Positions 41,601-56,600 of a DNA stretch of 64,000 nt are shown one piece after another. A program made the position numbers and the translations under genes. Position 1 is the first letter of the stretch; every line of letters starts with the position of its first letter. The notes below the pieces were generated by a model that made no database searches, was not told the origin of the DNA, and was given only the letters and a program-made list of their open reading frames with translations. The DNA is from Auanema rhodensis. Taxonomy: Eukaryota; Animalia; Nematoda. Where the stretch lies: NCBI GenBank assembly GCA_964057225.1, contig OZ059897.1:15562001-15626000 (forward strand). Reading direction: 5' to 3'.

Positions 41601-42412
41601 TGTTATTGTAATATCCATTATTCAATTCATCATTTTCACTTATTTAAGCTAGTTTTAGGCATGTTTTGAGTACCTTTTTACCTTCAAGGCATCTAGTTCC
41701 AACATTTTTCTACATCTGTCGCATGCTTGTCAACTTAGCTCGGTTCATCTTCTCTAAATGACAGAGATGTAGATAATTTTTTCGTTAAAACGAAAGATGG
41801 AAAGAGACACTATTGACCAGAAGTTGTTAGTTGTCTTTTGACCACCATACTTAGCCATATTACTGTTCTAATTGATGAAATTGCCTGACACCACTTTTTC
41901 CAATATTTCTAAATTCTTTCCATACCTTGAGATCAAATCTTTTCAATTAAAATCTCGTAAAGTCTATAAGCGCCATATAAAGTTTGTTCAAGCTAAAGCT
42001 AATATAACCTTATCGAGCAACCGAATCTATTGCCTTCGCTGCTTCCAGCTGGATCACAGTGAATGTACGATAACATCTCGAAGCTTTCGCCAGGAATGCA
42101 GTTCCTGAAACCTGACGTCCTCGCACGCCGCACTTTTTCTGAAATAATTTATGAGCTTTTCCTTCACTAATAATTCATTTCCTTCCGATTTATTTTAAAA
42201 CTATAACTTATGAGTAATAATATTTAAAATGAAATAAAGTTTTATATGAAAGTTTCTAAACGCTGTTCACCTTTTAGTTTACATACGTCTGCGAGTAATA
42301 TATGAAAATATACATAATACAGTTAATTTATTTTCATTTTTATAAAATAGTTAATATATAATTGTATTTATTCCTAATGTCTATGACTATGTAGATCAAT
42401 TGGCCTCTATTT

Positions 42413-42430
42413 GGGGGGGGGGGGGGGGGG
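42413..42430 (+). repeat. G18 homopolymer (G-quadruplex-forming tract)
   Basis: 18 consecutive G in otherwise strongly AT-rich sequence. Confidence 0.9.
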
Positions 42431-44309
42431 TTCTCGTTCATTCAATACAAAATAATAAATTAAATTGCATGCTAAGGTGGTTTCTTGACATCTTACAATC
42501 AATTCAAATTATATATGTATAGTTGGAGAAGTATATATGCAATTTGTCTAATCGTTACTATTAGAAAATCTGTATAAACAATTAAAGCTTGTAAACAGTT
42601 ACCAAAATCCTTTTCTACCTCTTCCAATGAGAATTTTTTTGTTGAAATATTCATAAGTAAATGCACATAAACGCAGAAAAGTAATTTGAGACAGCTAAAT
42701 AAACGATTTTTCTCAAGATATGAAACTACATTGAGTTATTTGCAAAATCAATATATACAATCAAATTGTTTTTCTTTTATTTATATTATATTATATGTTA
42801 TATATTATGTCACATATATATATACACATATATATATATACTAATTCTTTATATTCTTTAGCTACTTCATTATATTTCCTACGTCTTTCTCTGTCTCCTT
42901 CTCAAATATCCTGTAATACATAAATTTCATCCTCACTTCTTATCTTCCTATTTCATTTTTACAATTTATTTGTAATATTAAAGCTTTTTGTATTACTTTG
43001 TGTGTTATAAACTAGTATTTATACAGCTTTGATCTCTAATTAACATCACTGCTTACAGCTTAACGCTGCCTAGACTTCGGATGTTAGTGGCCGGTTTATT
43101 CTTATTCGTACGTTGTGTCGCATTGGCGACTGCGTTGTATACGTGATGACATGTTAGCATTCTGATGTTGTCTTCTATTTCTGTTTTTTTGTCTTTTACG
43201 CCCTCTTTATATTTCTTTATTTCTCTTCATTTTCATGCGTTAATTAACTTGATTTAATTCAACTGTGATTGCCTAAGTATCATTCTATTCTTCTTAAGTA
43301 TCCAGGGTCCTGAAGCGCTTCTTATCACTAGATTACATCCCCTACCAAGAAACATTATGTCATATCCTCATAAGTAGCCATCCTTTTAACTATAATGCTC
43401 TTTTTTCTAATTATATTATAATCCAACTTGATTATGTAGAGTAATCAACTTATAACCAAGTACGTTTGGACTATTTTGCAAAATCATTTTTCAAGTTTCA
43501 ACTACAGACTATTCTCATAGCTCCTTTAGTTTCTCTTCCTCAGATTTTCTTTTATTGTAACAATTACCGAATTCATATGTTCCTGTCTTATGGTGAGAAC
43601 GTGGATGAATCACGGCACAAAGATTTGGCCGCTTTTTCTTCGTCTTCTCTTTCTATCCCGTTGTCGTTAAATCTTGCCAACTTTATTCGCTTACTCATAT
43701 AGTTAATACGTAATTCACGGCGCCCTACGATCCAAGTATCTGACATCTTTTTCATTACTTTTCTTTCTCAACAGTCATATCCAACTTTTTTTTCGAATTG
43801 TTTCTGGCATTCAGTATTCATCACGTATAGGCGTAACATTTCTATTGAACTCATCCTTCTTCTATTTGTGCTAGTCAATCTTTAGTCATTGCCGTGTTGT
43901 ATTCGTATTCATCTTTTCTTCTGTTGGTATCGTCGTGTTCGATTCTGTTTCTTCTTCTATTCATTTGCTTGTTATACAAATCAACTGCGTGTCTAGAAGC
44001 AAATTAACAGTAGCCGGTAAACAGTCCAATTGGCAGTCGGTTGGTCGGCAGAATATTCCGGAAGTGAGTGTATTGTCATTTGCCTATGGTTCAACCGTAT
44101 TTGTCTATTTAACTTCGAATGTATGAATTGAATGTAAAGACAATTCTGGGAATCTTTCTTCTCACTTTGACATGAAATATAACGAGAGTTTGGTAGAAAC
44201 GTTATAGGAAATAGAAAGAAAGAAGAGCACTAAAGAAATTTTTTTTACTAAGATAAGAAGAGGGGGTAAGATTTAGACAGAGAGAAAGAGGGAGAGATTG
44301 AGAGAGAGA

Positions 44310-44418
<109 letters not shown>

Positions 44419-47400
44419 AAGAGATTTATCCGTGTTTGACAAGCAACAACGTGATGCTCAACACATCATATTAGCTGCTTGTCATATACAGATGGCATTT
44501 TCACGCCTTTTTTGATTGATATTCTTCATCATCCAAACTTGTTTTCTTTCTACTTAAAGCATAAGCATTGTTTTCTCTGATTGTTTTGCTGTTGTTCTCC
44601 TACGAACATAGTTCTTAATTCTTCCCATTTCAAATTTCGCAATAGATTGCACTTTTCATTAAAAATCTTTTGAATCTACTTCAATTAACTCAAAAGCTTG
44701 TTGTGCTTACCGTTATTATGATTCACACTCTTAAGAGAATGTTCAGATTTTTCAAGTTTTTTTGGGAATTTTATTGGAATCGTACATTCTTAATTCATCT
44801 TTCCAGCACTGCTCTCGTTTATTTTAGTTTTAAATGGTAAAATATAATCGGATCATTCATTTAAACTGCTCATCATCATAACATATCTAATATTAGCAAT
44901 TAAATAGATTGCAATTCTAGGCAATTTCAAGGAAAAAAGGACCAATAAGCCAATTGAAAACAGAATTGTTCAAGATAATCAGCATTAGCCAGGTTAAATT
45001 CTTGTTGTACGAGCTATGAAAGATAAAATTCTTATTATGTTGATTCTTTTGTCGTCTTTGATTCTCTGAAATTTTCATTTCAGTGTTCATTCACTCAATG
45101 TCTTTCTCTTTCATCAAGGTTGTCGTAGTATAAAGGATGAAAATCCATCCTCTAGGGAATTTCAAACTCTTTAAGTAGAAGTTCTATTAGGGAAATGATC
45201 ATTAATATGAACAAGATGGAACGCTAAAGGAAAGACTGAGTGTGAGATAAAGTGAAACAAAAGGGAAGGAAGGAATGAGGGACAGAAAGAGGAACAGATT
45301 CCAAGCCTTAATAGGTTTCTTCGTTCATGCTATATCTTTTTCTTTTGACTCTCCTCTCTTAACCTTTCTTTCTCTCTCTTTATCTCTCCCTCTCTCTCTT
45401 TATATTTTCACAATATCTTATCTCTCAATACATTTCCATTCTGTTTCACAGCTTTTCAGCTTGTCATTTTATAGTTTACTCGTATGTTTTGTAGTTTTAC
45501 AATTGAAAATTCGCCCCGACGTTGTTTTTTCCAATTAGAACTATTGACTATATCGTATATTCGTTTTCCTCTCAATTTCCTACTCTATTCCTCAGTCGTA
45601 CACTTATGCGAACAGTGCGTTGTTTAATCTGATGAACGTCAAACCTGCTTATATATGTATGTGTTTCTGATTTTTTAACAAAAAAAAAAGGATTGTTCTC
45701 CGATTATGGATCTATAATCTTAAAGTGAAATATCATATACATATCTCTCAAGTTATCTCAAATGAAACAAGATACCCTTATATACTTAGATATAAGTATT
45801 TTAAGGTTAAAGGAACTTCAAGATGATTATATAGATTATAAAATATAATAATTTGATTATTTCATACTATTATATTCTTTATAATCAAATGTGAAATCAT
45901 TTTTTTATATTTATTTTATTATATTCCTTTTTCTTTTCTCTCTTGTTTTTAATGTAACACATCTTTTAATTAAATATTTGACCTGTAATATTTCCTTCAG
46001 ATGATGCTTGATCTTCCTTCTCTTAGTTTGTATCTTTTGCTGCAACCATCTAACTGATCGTGCCGTTACCTCTCCTGTTCCTCACACTGTCCCTTTCTCA
46101 CTCATTTCCTTCGTTATCTCCAAACACTATTGACTTAGTGCATCTTTATAGAGAACAGTCTATCTTAGTCGGTCAAATTATGAAATTCCACTCCAGAAGT
46201 CGATTCATTTAACTTCAATCATCGTATAATTATCTTTATTGAAACTGAAGGTTTTTTTAAAAATAAAAATGTGTTCTCATTATATCTAATATTATATGTT
46301 ATAATTATACATTTATGTGTTGAATGTATTCCATCAGATATAATGTTTTGGAGTTTTCTTCTTTCGAATCTTGTTCAAAACTTTTATTTTCTTCTCATAT
46401 ATATCACGATCAACTTGTTGCTTCAAATATTCAGTATAGTATATTATTGATTTGAAGTTAAGATTTTCTTTAATACTTATCATTCAATTCATTGTAACAT
46501 TTATTTTCATCATAAGGATTGAGGTTTTAAAAACAATTTTCCTTGCAATTAGATGTAAATTGCCATGTTTGATATGCATTTAAGCTAAAACCTTACATGC
46601 AATTTGGTGATTTCAAGCTGTGTAATCATTCAAACCTACGAGTTCTTTAACTTATATTCCTTATTCTACTAGTAGTCCAATTATGAATTGAGATTCAACA
46701 AATAAAATTCATTTCTCTTTGTCTTGAAACAATTTTTTCTGAGATACACCTAAAGACATTGAAGCAATTTTACAAGTATCTTGTTCTACTTCAGTTTACT
46801 TTCTTTCTTCAAAAATGTTTTACCTCTCATTCTTTCCCTCTTTCTTTTTCCCTTTCTCTACCATCTTCATTTAACTTTATCCATCTGACGTTGCCTATTC
46901 TCTATTTCTTTCTAATTTCATGCATCACATTTCTTTCAATCAAGTTGCTTTTAGTTTTTCTCCATTTTCCATTCACATGAACATTCTAACAAACTTTTTT
47001 ATCTCTTTAAACAACTTTCTTTTTCCACAACGATACCCATTAGTTTATAACTATCAGCTAGCTCTCAATCAAGGTGTATGATGAATAAGTGAAAGCGTAA
47101 TCGGACACTTTCTCCAATCATCTCATTTGTTATCCGTAAGAAATTTGTGAAGTTGAATTATTCAGTCTAAAGTTATTATTTTCTATTTTGAGCTTGGTCA
47201 AAGCTTTATTATAGTTAAATTTCTTCATCTTCTAATTTGTTGCAATATTTTCCGTACATTGTCACGTATCATTTTACAATAATTTCACGTAAAATCGTTA
47301 AAGTTATTTGATTTTTAGTTTTCTGAATGAACGGTTGTTATGCACATTATATATAATATATATAGTTATACTTATTATTACTATTTTATATGATTTTTAC

Positions 47401-48922
47401 TGTTGACAGATTAGCTAATCTGCATAATCTACAGCCATTTTTAACCATTTACTATACAATTCTTTGTTGAATAGTTAGGAATAATTTGTTGGCATATTTA
47501 ATTGTTTTCTTACATACAAAAATAACTTTTTATCCTTTTATTTTATTTTAAAAGGTATAGTTTGATATATTATTTTATATTTGAATGGAAGAACTATCTT
47601 TCTCTTTTTTTCTTTAATTTCAATGGTTTTGTCATTTTTTTGAATTTGAGTTAAACTTCCAATGGAAAAACTATGTTAAAACGAAACCTAATATACTTGA
47701 GCATTCTTCCTTCATATTTATCCTCTCGGAAATGAGATGTATGGACTTTAGATGTCATCAGTTAATTTTGTTTAGTTTTTTTAAATTTTTTGAAGTTTGA
47801 AAAAGAAAACTCTTATTATATTTCTTTTAATTTCCGATATAAGTTGGTGAAGTACATAGAATTTTTGAAGAATTTAAGATATCTTTTTTCATATTAAACT
47901 ATTTTTATTTCTAAATTCATATTTTGTTCTAAAAATAATTTAAATTTATAACTTTTTCTTTTAATATAAGGTAAAAGAATATTTAATTCTTATTTCTTTG
48001 TCTTTACTTCCTCCATATATTTATATTTGAGATATAGCGTATGCATTAAGCTAAATGAACATTTGTACATAATGGCAGATATCAATTCTCTCATATGATG
48101 CTGGATTGAGGGAGGGGAAGGGGTAGACATATGCCCAAAGGCTGAAACTCACCGAATCCGTTACATCATTAATGAATATATGGAGTACACAGAATATGAT
48201 TAGAAGATGAAATGTAATGATCTGAGTAGCTTGAATGAGACGACTCCGTATGTCATAGAAATATAGTTTCATAATGAAATATGAATTTTTTAAGGACTCA
48301 TGAGTTGACTTTGACTTTAAATTACAAAAAAATCTCAAATATTTTATATATGATGACGATTTATTTTGTGAGAACACTAGAATACTCTTCATATTTGGCT
48401 TTTATACAAAAAATGAATTTTTTTTTGCATTATTTTCAACTTCAACCATGCGATTCATGAAAATGTTAAGAGTTGTTGAGAATGTCAATTGAATAAAAGT
48501 GAAAAACGTTCAAGAATACTTGACCAAAGCTGATCTTTTCATTGTTTTATTTCTCATTCTCACGCCAAAAATAACTGAATTTTATCTTTTTCTTTTCTTC
48601 ATATCCACATTTCCTCATCAGATGCGCTTGAGAAAATGACTGAAAAGCTGAAAAAGCGAAAAGAGAAGTGGACGACACGGAATGGATGACATGCAGAAGG
48701 TTCCATTTGGCCACTCTTTTCGGATCCACATGGCATCTTGATGTTTCAGACTGGTCTTGAGCTTCTAATGAGAATATGTGGTGCACAAATTACTTTAAAT
48801 GCACATAAAATGATTCCGATTGCTTAAGCTCGATATTTTCTATGCTTGACTTTTTATCGCATGATATAGGAATGCTTAGTTGGTCTTTGAAAATTTAAAA
48901 GGCTTATTCTTTTAATACTCCG

Positions 48923-48950
<28 letters not shown>
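48923..48950. repeat. (TC)n microsatellite
   Basis: 14 TC units followed by poly-T. Confidence 0.9.
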
Positions 48951-48959
<9 letters not shown>

Positions 48960-51900
48960 CTCCTTTTATTCATTTGCTATCTCTCTTTTTCTCCTTTTTT
49001 TGTTCTTCATTTTTCCTTTTGCTATTTCTCTCAGACTAAACAACTTTCCTCTCGTCTTCCAAAATTCCCAGAGTCTTTTCTAATTTTTTGCAATACAATC
49101 ATCTTAATCTTTTCAGATGATAGATTAAAGCATTTTACTAACATCATTCATCTACAATGCCCAATTTAAGCTGGCGAGAACTAAGAACACTCATATTTAT
49201 GGGTTAAGCAGTTGCTTCATAATGTTCAATGTCCCTTGACGATATTTTTGCTCAGCTTGTTTACAAGTGCTGTTCTTCATCTATTCTTCCAACCCGGAGT
49301 ATCCCTCTTCATCCCCTCTTCCCTGTTTTTTACGCAAGTAAACTCTTTTCAATAATCTGCTTGTTAGGTACAACTTTTTTTTCTATCAGTATAATATTAC
49401 ATGTTTTTATATTCCAAATCAAAATAAGAAAACCGATACATCTAGATAGATAGCTGACTAAGCTTTCCTTTCTTTATTATAATTGCGTTAAATTAGGTCA
49501 GATTTAACAAACTTTTTTCGGCATCGGCACCTCTCTCTCTAAACGAAATTGTCCACACAATAGCTTCGTCTGTTCATTGTACATTGTTCCAGGCAAATCT
49601 CGTTTTCTAAAATTTTGAAATGCGATGATGACGCAATTTTCGGACCTCCTACATTTTTGTTTTCGGCTTTCAGCATGTCTGGCAAACGACAAACGTGTTG
49701 GCCTGATAAGTATGTGCGTGTATGTGTGTGATTCAGTATGCTGATCACCAGTAGCAAACAGCTTTTTCCTTGTTACTTTATATTTTCCCGCTAGATCCAT
49801 TTGCAGCTTTCGTAACTATGATTCGTTGAAGATTATTCATTCGAAGGGTGTGAATGGTATTCATCTCCTTCGACAGCCATAATTTGCCTTCAGAATTTTA
49901 AAAATTCTACTTAGTGCTTACCTATTGAGCAGGAAGTACATTGGTTTCATGCCCACAATAGATGATGAGCTTGTGTACAACTAGCATAACGCTCTAGTCA
50001 AAGTTAACTATGCTAGAGGCTTTCTTTCCTCTGCACATGTGGTGATGGTCCCAGGGCGACCAAACCATTGTGCCAACTTCTGAATTATTCCTATCAACGT
50101 GCGCACCACCCCGCTTCTCCTCAGTTACCATTCAACTGTTTCTCTCACGCCCTCCCGAACTTTCTTCAATCTGGTCATGGTGAGGCTCGGTTTGTGCCTG
50201 CTTCCTTTCTTAGCCATGTCCTTCTATCCATCCTGCCCCAGATTAGCCACTATGAGCTAATTATGTCAAAGCTGCCTGTTCCCTCTTTATGCGCACTTCA
50301 CAAAGAGAAAAAGAGAAAGATATAGACTAAATAAGGCAGACAAGCGAGAGACAGAGAGACAGAGAGAAATAATAAGACAGAGAGATAAAGATGTGTATGA
50401 GAAAAGAAAACAAGAAAATTCCCCTTGTAGGATTGACTGTTGGTGGTTGTAAGGTTCAGCTCAGCTTTTTCTATTTTCTTCCGGTCTTTTGTTCTTTCGT
50501 CATGACGATCACCTGTCCTTCATGCTGGACCCATTGTTTTCTCTTGCTCCAGCTTATGGAAGAAAAATAATTTTCATTGAATTTATTTGTATTTAATAAT
50601 AATTCTAACTACCTCTCCTATGGTTGTCTAATATTTCTTTCGAAGAAGCATCTCCCACATCTTTCGAATTCTGAATCAAATACTTCTTTGTAACAAAACT
50701 TCAAAATGCATGTATGTATATACACATGTAGATATTCGTTAGTATTACTATTCCATTCAATTCAAATAACTTTTTTTCTCTCTTTTCAATAAGAAAATTA
50801 TATTTTCAGTCTTCAAAGAAATTTTTTTATTTTATTTCTGACCATTGTGATGAACTAGAGGTCAAAAGACTTTTGCAAGAATCAACATAACGAATTTATG
50901 CGCCACTCAGCATCTTAATATTTTTACTTCTTTTTATCCTTTATTCTTATAAAAAAAATTTAAATTTCGAATTTCTTTAAAGAATGTTTTTCTTTTTGAG
51001 CATTACATATCTAAACTAATAGCTGATCTGACTATTTTTACTTTAATATTAGAGAATTGAAAAATCTAAATTTAAAAATAATCAAATTCAAATTTTAGTT
51101 ACATATTTAACTTATAGAAAAACATTTGCTATATATATATATATATTTATTTATTTATTATATTGAGTATACAGATGACAGACAGCATTAGTGAATTGTA
51201 TGAACGAGATAGCAGCTGCTGTCTGAAATTCGTGGGTCGATCCTCAAAAATTCAGTTATCGTTTTCCTTCTTTTTCCTCTTTCTTTTCAATGACGACGAA
51301 GCCCATGAAAATGGAGAGTAGAAAAGGAGACGAAGCATTTCCCTTCCATGTGTTTCCACATACTCCAGTTTGAAGCTGATTTCCGACTGCACTGCCTAGA
51401 GTTTCAATTCGCACTTAGTCGTATACAACCCAAAAAGATCATAATGCCAATATTTTCTGTATTCAAAACGTTTTTTGAATAAGTTTTCTTTTTAAAAATC
51501 TTCAATTTCAATTATATTTGATTCATCATAGAAAACTGACGTCAGTCGTTCTCATATTCCACTTAACAGCTCCTTCTTCAATTTTTTTCTGGAGAAATTT
51601 TTTTTTATTTCTCATTTAAATATCAATGACCTTAATAGGCTTTTGTTCATTTGAAACATAAGGGCATTCGCTTATGTATAGCCTGCATTCCCGTTTTCTC
51701 GAAGTATTCCGTTCGGTGGCAAGACCACTCGACCTCATATGTCTGTCATCACCTTTATCGTCATCAGCAGGCGTTTGGCTTCATCCTTCGTCCGTCGACT
51801 TTTCTACTTTTTCCAACTTGTTACATGCAATTTCTCTCATATTTCTTCACTATTTGACATAAAGTCTAATTAAAGTTGAATTCTTTCAAAAAAAAAAAAA

Positions 51901-52293
51901 AAAAGGTTTCAGCTCTCATAAATCGATTTGTTATTCCTGTTTATAAAGCTGTTAATTCCTTAATTCTTATTAATCCCTCTGAATTTTCTTTAGTGCAATC
52001 TGTTCACAAGATTCTTCTTCACACTACTCATATCTAGATTATAGTTTTTATTTGTTTTCATATACTATATATTATTTATAATTATCTTATTTTTGATTTA
52101 AAAATACGTTTTGTCATTGTTGAATGTCTTGAGATTCAAAACTAGTGTGAATATGAACATCGAGTTTAGCTATTTTCGTGGTAACAAACCTCTTCTACCC
52201 AACTAAACGAAACATCATGTCCTTTTGTTGTCCAAATAGAAAGCTATATTACTTTAAGACGTAGTGAGGTCGTTAAGTTCATGAAGAACTCGG

Positions 52294-52302
52294 TGGGTGG
52301 TC
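52294..52302 (+). promoter_or_regulatory. Perfect GLI/TRA-1 core binding site TGGGTGGTC
   Basis: Exact 9/9 match, ~1.4 kb upstream of the cuticlin ATG. Function untested. Confidence 0.35.
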
Positions 52303-53275
52303 AGACTAGCCACCTTAAGCTTCTTACTCATATGAAGCCGTTAAATCATGAATATGTTCATGTTAGGAAGAGGAAGCAATAAAGAAAATTGGGAATGAAA
52401 GAGAGAAAGAAAGAAAATTAAAGAAGAAGACGAAGAGAGAAAGAAAGAGAGAGTGAGAGAAACACTGATTTTACCCCACCCCCCTATGAAACATAGGAAG
52501 AGCCTGCCCAGGCTCGATGTGATGTGGGTGGAGCTAGATGAGATAGATAGGCGGGAGAATAAGTGAAAGAGAAAGAGTGAGACTATTCTGAATGCACGTT
52601 ACAAGAAAAGATCTAAACTGAGGATAATTTCAATCGTATTCAATTATCGCCTAAGGCTAATATGATTTCAAATCTGGCTTCGTGTGGTCTGTTTTTCAAA
52701 TTTATTTCCGGTCAAAATGTCAATCTGTCAGCTTATTTTCCTTAAAGACTCATTTTAACAAATTGTATTTATTTGAACTATTTCAATAGTCTTTAAATTA
52801 TTTTTTTATTATTTACTATTTCATATTAATTTAAATTCATTTTAAGAATATACATACATATTTTCCCAGTACTTTTCATTAGCTTATATTGTTTTGTCTT
52901 AAAGATTTCTTATTAAATCGCTATTTTCTTATTTCGAGAAGTTTTCATTTTTTTTTGACATAAAAAACAAGAAATTTCAATATTTTCTGCTCATTTTTTA
53001 CAACTTTTATATTTCTGCTTTTAAATTTTATATTTTAAATTGTGTTACAAGTATTTCTGAGTTTTCTTATAAATATTATATATAGTTTATATTTTAAGAG
53101 AGGTCAAGTTCTCTGCAAAATGACCTGCTTCCTGTACTCACAGAAAGACATATAAACACATCTTCTACATGACTTAGTTAATCTATTAGAATTTTCCTTA
53201 CCGATTACTTAGTTTCTCATTCATTTGTGCTTTTACTGTGAATGGACATGATTTTACATTCTTTCATTTCTTTTT

Positions 53276-53278
<3 letters not shown>

Positions 53279-53306
<28 letters not shown>
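53279..53306. repeat. (TC)n microsatellite
   Basis: 14 TC units. Confidence 0.9.
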
Positions 53307-53310
<4 letters not shown>

Positions 53311-53680
53311 AATTATTTTCTTTCTCTCGTACTTGAGCATTTTCGGTTTCCGTCTAGTACACGCATGTCATACTCCTCCTCTTTCCATCTTTCGTTCTGC
53401 TACGTTCGGTCTTTTCTCAGTCTCTTTCCCCAATCTTTTTGACAGAATAATCCCTTGTACGTCTACTGTTTGTATTTGTGTTCATTCATTTAGTTCTTTG
53501 AAACAAACATACTATTCTTTCAGATAAGGAAAACTTTGAAGTACTGACGGATCGTTTCCATCCTAGGCAAAGTTTGAGTCATCCTCATCCAATACTCGAG
53601 AAGCTAGGCTCATACTATCTGTCAATCGTATTTGATTAATATAAAGAATCTTTTTATATTATCTATACGTATATGATCTA

Positions 53681-56600
53681 ATGATTTTATCACATTCCAT
53701 AGCAGTTTTACTATTATTATGCTCACATGGTATCACACATGCTCAGGAGTCACCATCATCAAATAACTCCGTAGTTGGTGAACCTTATGTCAAGTACGTT
53801 TTTTATAGTTATTCCAAATATTTTGAAATATGACATATATACACATATATTCCGAAAAAAAACTTGATCAAAAAATATTATTAGTTCTACTAATTTGATT
53901 CCAAAGAATAACTTTGTGCGAATTCAGTAACAACCACATATCTAATTATTCTGAATACTATATGATTTCTTATATTATTATTTAATTAGATTCTTATTAT
54001 ATATCTATGAACAAATCATAATGTATACTATTTTTAATAATATTTAGTTGTATATACTATGTATTAGATCATTCCATTATAAGCTAAATACTAATAACCT
54101 TGCTATTCTTTACTATTTTACTTTATATGGTGGTAATATGATCATCTTTATCTTCTGCTACTAACTTCCTCCTCTCTTCTCTTCTCTCTCTTCTCTTTCT
54201 ATATAATAGGTATAACAGAATTTTCATCTTGTTTCCATACTCATCAGGTAAACAAGTTGAAATGTCAATAAGCATTCATCTTTTGCAATTTTCGAACCAG
54301 AATAATGTCTACTATTATAGGAAAAATTGACATATATGCTGTACATTTTTATATTCAAAATATATATTTTTAAAATCATTTATTGTGAAAATGAGCATTT
54401 GTTTGTTTAACAAAATGTTTTAATGATTCGAGAATAGTAATTAATCAACCAAATAAAGCAGAAATGCTGTTTTGAGGTACAGCATCTAGCCTTAACAAAT
54501 GACCCAATTTTACAATTTTTTAATCATAGTATTGGTTTTTATTAGATTTCAAATCTTTCAATCTAGACGAACAAATCAGCCATGTATTCCTAACTTGCGT
54601 GAACTATTACGTGAAAGCAAGTGAAAGTTCACGCATTCATCGTAGGCTTGAATTGGCATGACTCGGTGTATTGAAAATTCAATTTTGATTTTTCTATTTA
54701 TATGAGTATTTATGCTTATAAAGTAATATTATTCGTATCTATTCCATAAAATCTGAGAATAACGGCTTGCTAACGAACTTATGCTTGTTCTGTGAACCAT
54801 TTAAGAGGCTTATTTCATGTCAGCGAATAATCCTTGTTTAATTGAATGGCTTGGCTACCGGCAAAACGTTTGTCGTCAAAGCCTTCAGAAGACATAAATT
54901 AGCAGTTATATGTGAGGATAATGTATATGTTTTTCGAATAAAAACATGAATACCGGATAAATAGAAAAGAAAATACAAAACTGTGATAGTTAAAGCATTT
55001 ATTTAAGAATTATTGGGAGAAAAGTAGATAAATTGAGTATGAAATCCAGAACAATGAAAAGATATTTCAGCTTTCTGAATGTTTCTATTTCTTTTTCAAA
55101 TTCAAATATTTTTATTGATAGTTCAACTGTGTTCTTTTCAAATATATATTATATTATATAATATACATAAACAAACATACAAATATTAAGAAAATTAGTA
55201 TATATTGAATAGTAAGATATCTATTATAAAATGGTTTTCGTTTATGTTTTATTATTTATTTGTTCAAACCAATTACTTCTTTTTCTTTTTTTTTCTAGTT
55301 AGTTTCCTAGTTTTTGAAGATTTTTGTCAACTTCAAACAGGATCATACAGTAAAGAAGAGGGGAAGGGAGTGGATTTATTTATGAAATAAGTGGGCATCA
55401 TGTTTCATTGTTGTTCTTAATATTATTTCTTTTATACTAAATATATTAAGTTTAAATGAAACTTCACAATAAATCTTATATTGAATAAGATTTATACAGT
55501 TTAAAGGAATAATATTTAATTAATATTAAATAAATTAACTATATCTCTTGTTATTTATATTAATATTAAAAAAATATAATCAATAATTATATTTATAATT
55601 TAATCAATTTATAAAATACTAGAATTATAAACTATAATCGTTAGAGATTATGACATAATCATCATGAAATTTCAAAATGTATCTCAAAACAAAGAAGTAT
55701 TAGTTCATGAAGTTTATACTTTAATAATATAGTTTTAAGTAAATAAATACTTTTTCCATCATAATCAAAAAGTCTTTTGTCGAGATTCTGACAATTTCAA
55801 TCTTTTACTCAAGGATTATGATTCCACGAAACTATGGGAGAGTGTCCATTCTCTATTGGTCAAACAAGTATCATAAATCTTATATGATTGACCATATACA
55901 TGCACATTGGGACGATATAACATCTGAAATTTAAATTTCTAACTCAGAAAATAAATCTTTTGATTTGAAATTCAAGCTTGTTTCAAATTAAATTTTTCTT
56001 TGTTGTGTCAAGTTGTAGCTTCAAAACTTAATGTTCAACATAATGCTTCCTCAATTGCGATGATGAAAAGACTTTTAAATAATGAAATTAGTTTGATATT
56101 GGATGAAAATCTTTGCGTGTCTAATAGATTTTTGAGACTTTTTTCTTCTAAATTTCAATGCTTCTTCATTCTGCTTTTCCTTCCGCTCAGAGTTCTCTCT
56201 TCCGTTCTTCCAAAGTAGACTTTGCTCCTTTCTCCAAGTTTTCAAGCAAAAAATATATTTCAAAATTTTTTATCTCTAGAAAAATTAAATATTTATAAAG
56301 AAAAATTTTTCAAAACTAAAATTTATAAATTTTCAGCTGTGCCGCCGATGCTGTCTATGTTAAGTTCAAAACTAATGTTACGTTTGAAGGTCATGTAAAT
56401 GTAAAATATACACCAAACAAATATTGTTATCAAGTATAGTTTTCTATATAAAATATAATAATAATTAAAAATATTTATAGGTTCTTGTAACAAACAATCA
56501 AATTGAAGTATTGATTCCTCATGAAGATTGTTCAGTTACTCGAAGACGATCTCTCAACCCTCCGGGTGTTATAATGGATGTTACGATGTCAGTATCGTTC

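Noticed and set aside
45441-45448. piRNA upstream (Ruby) motif CTGTTTCA
   Set aside because: Isolated occurrence with no cluster of such motifs.
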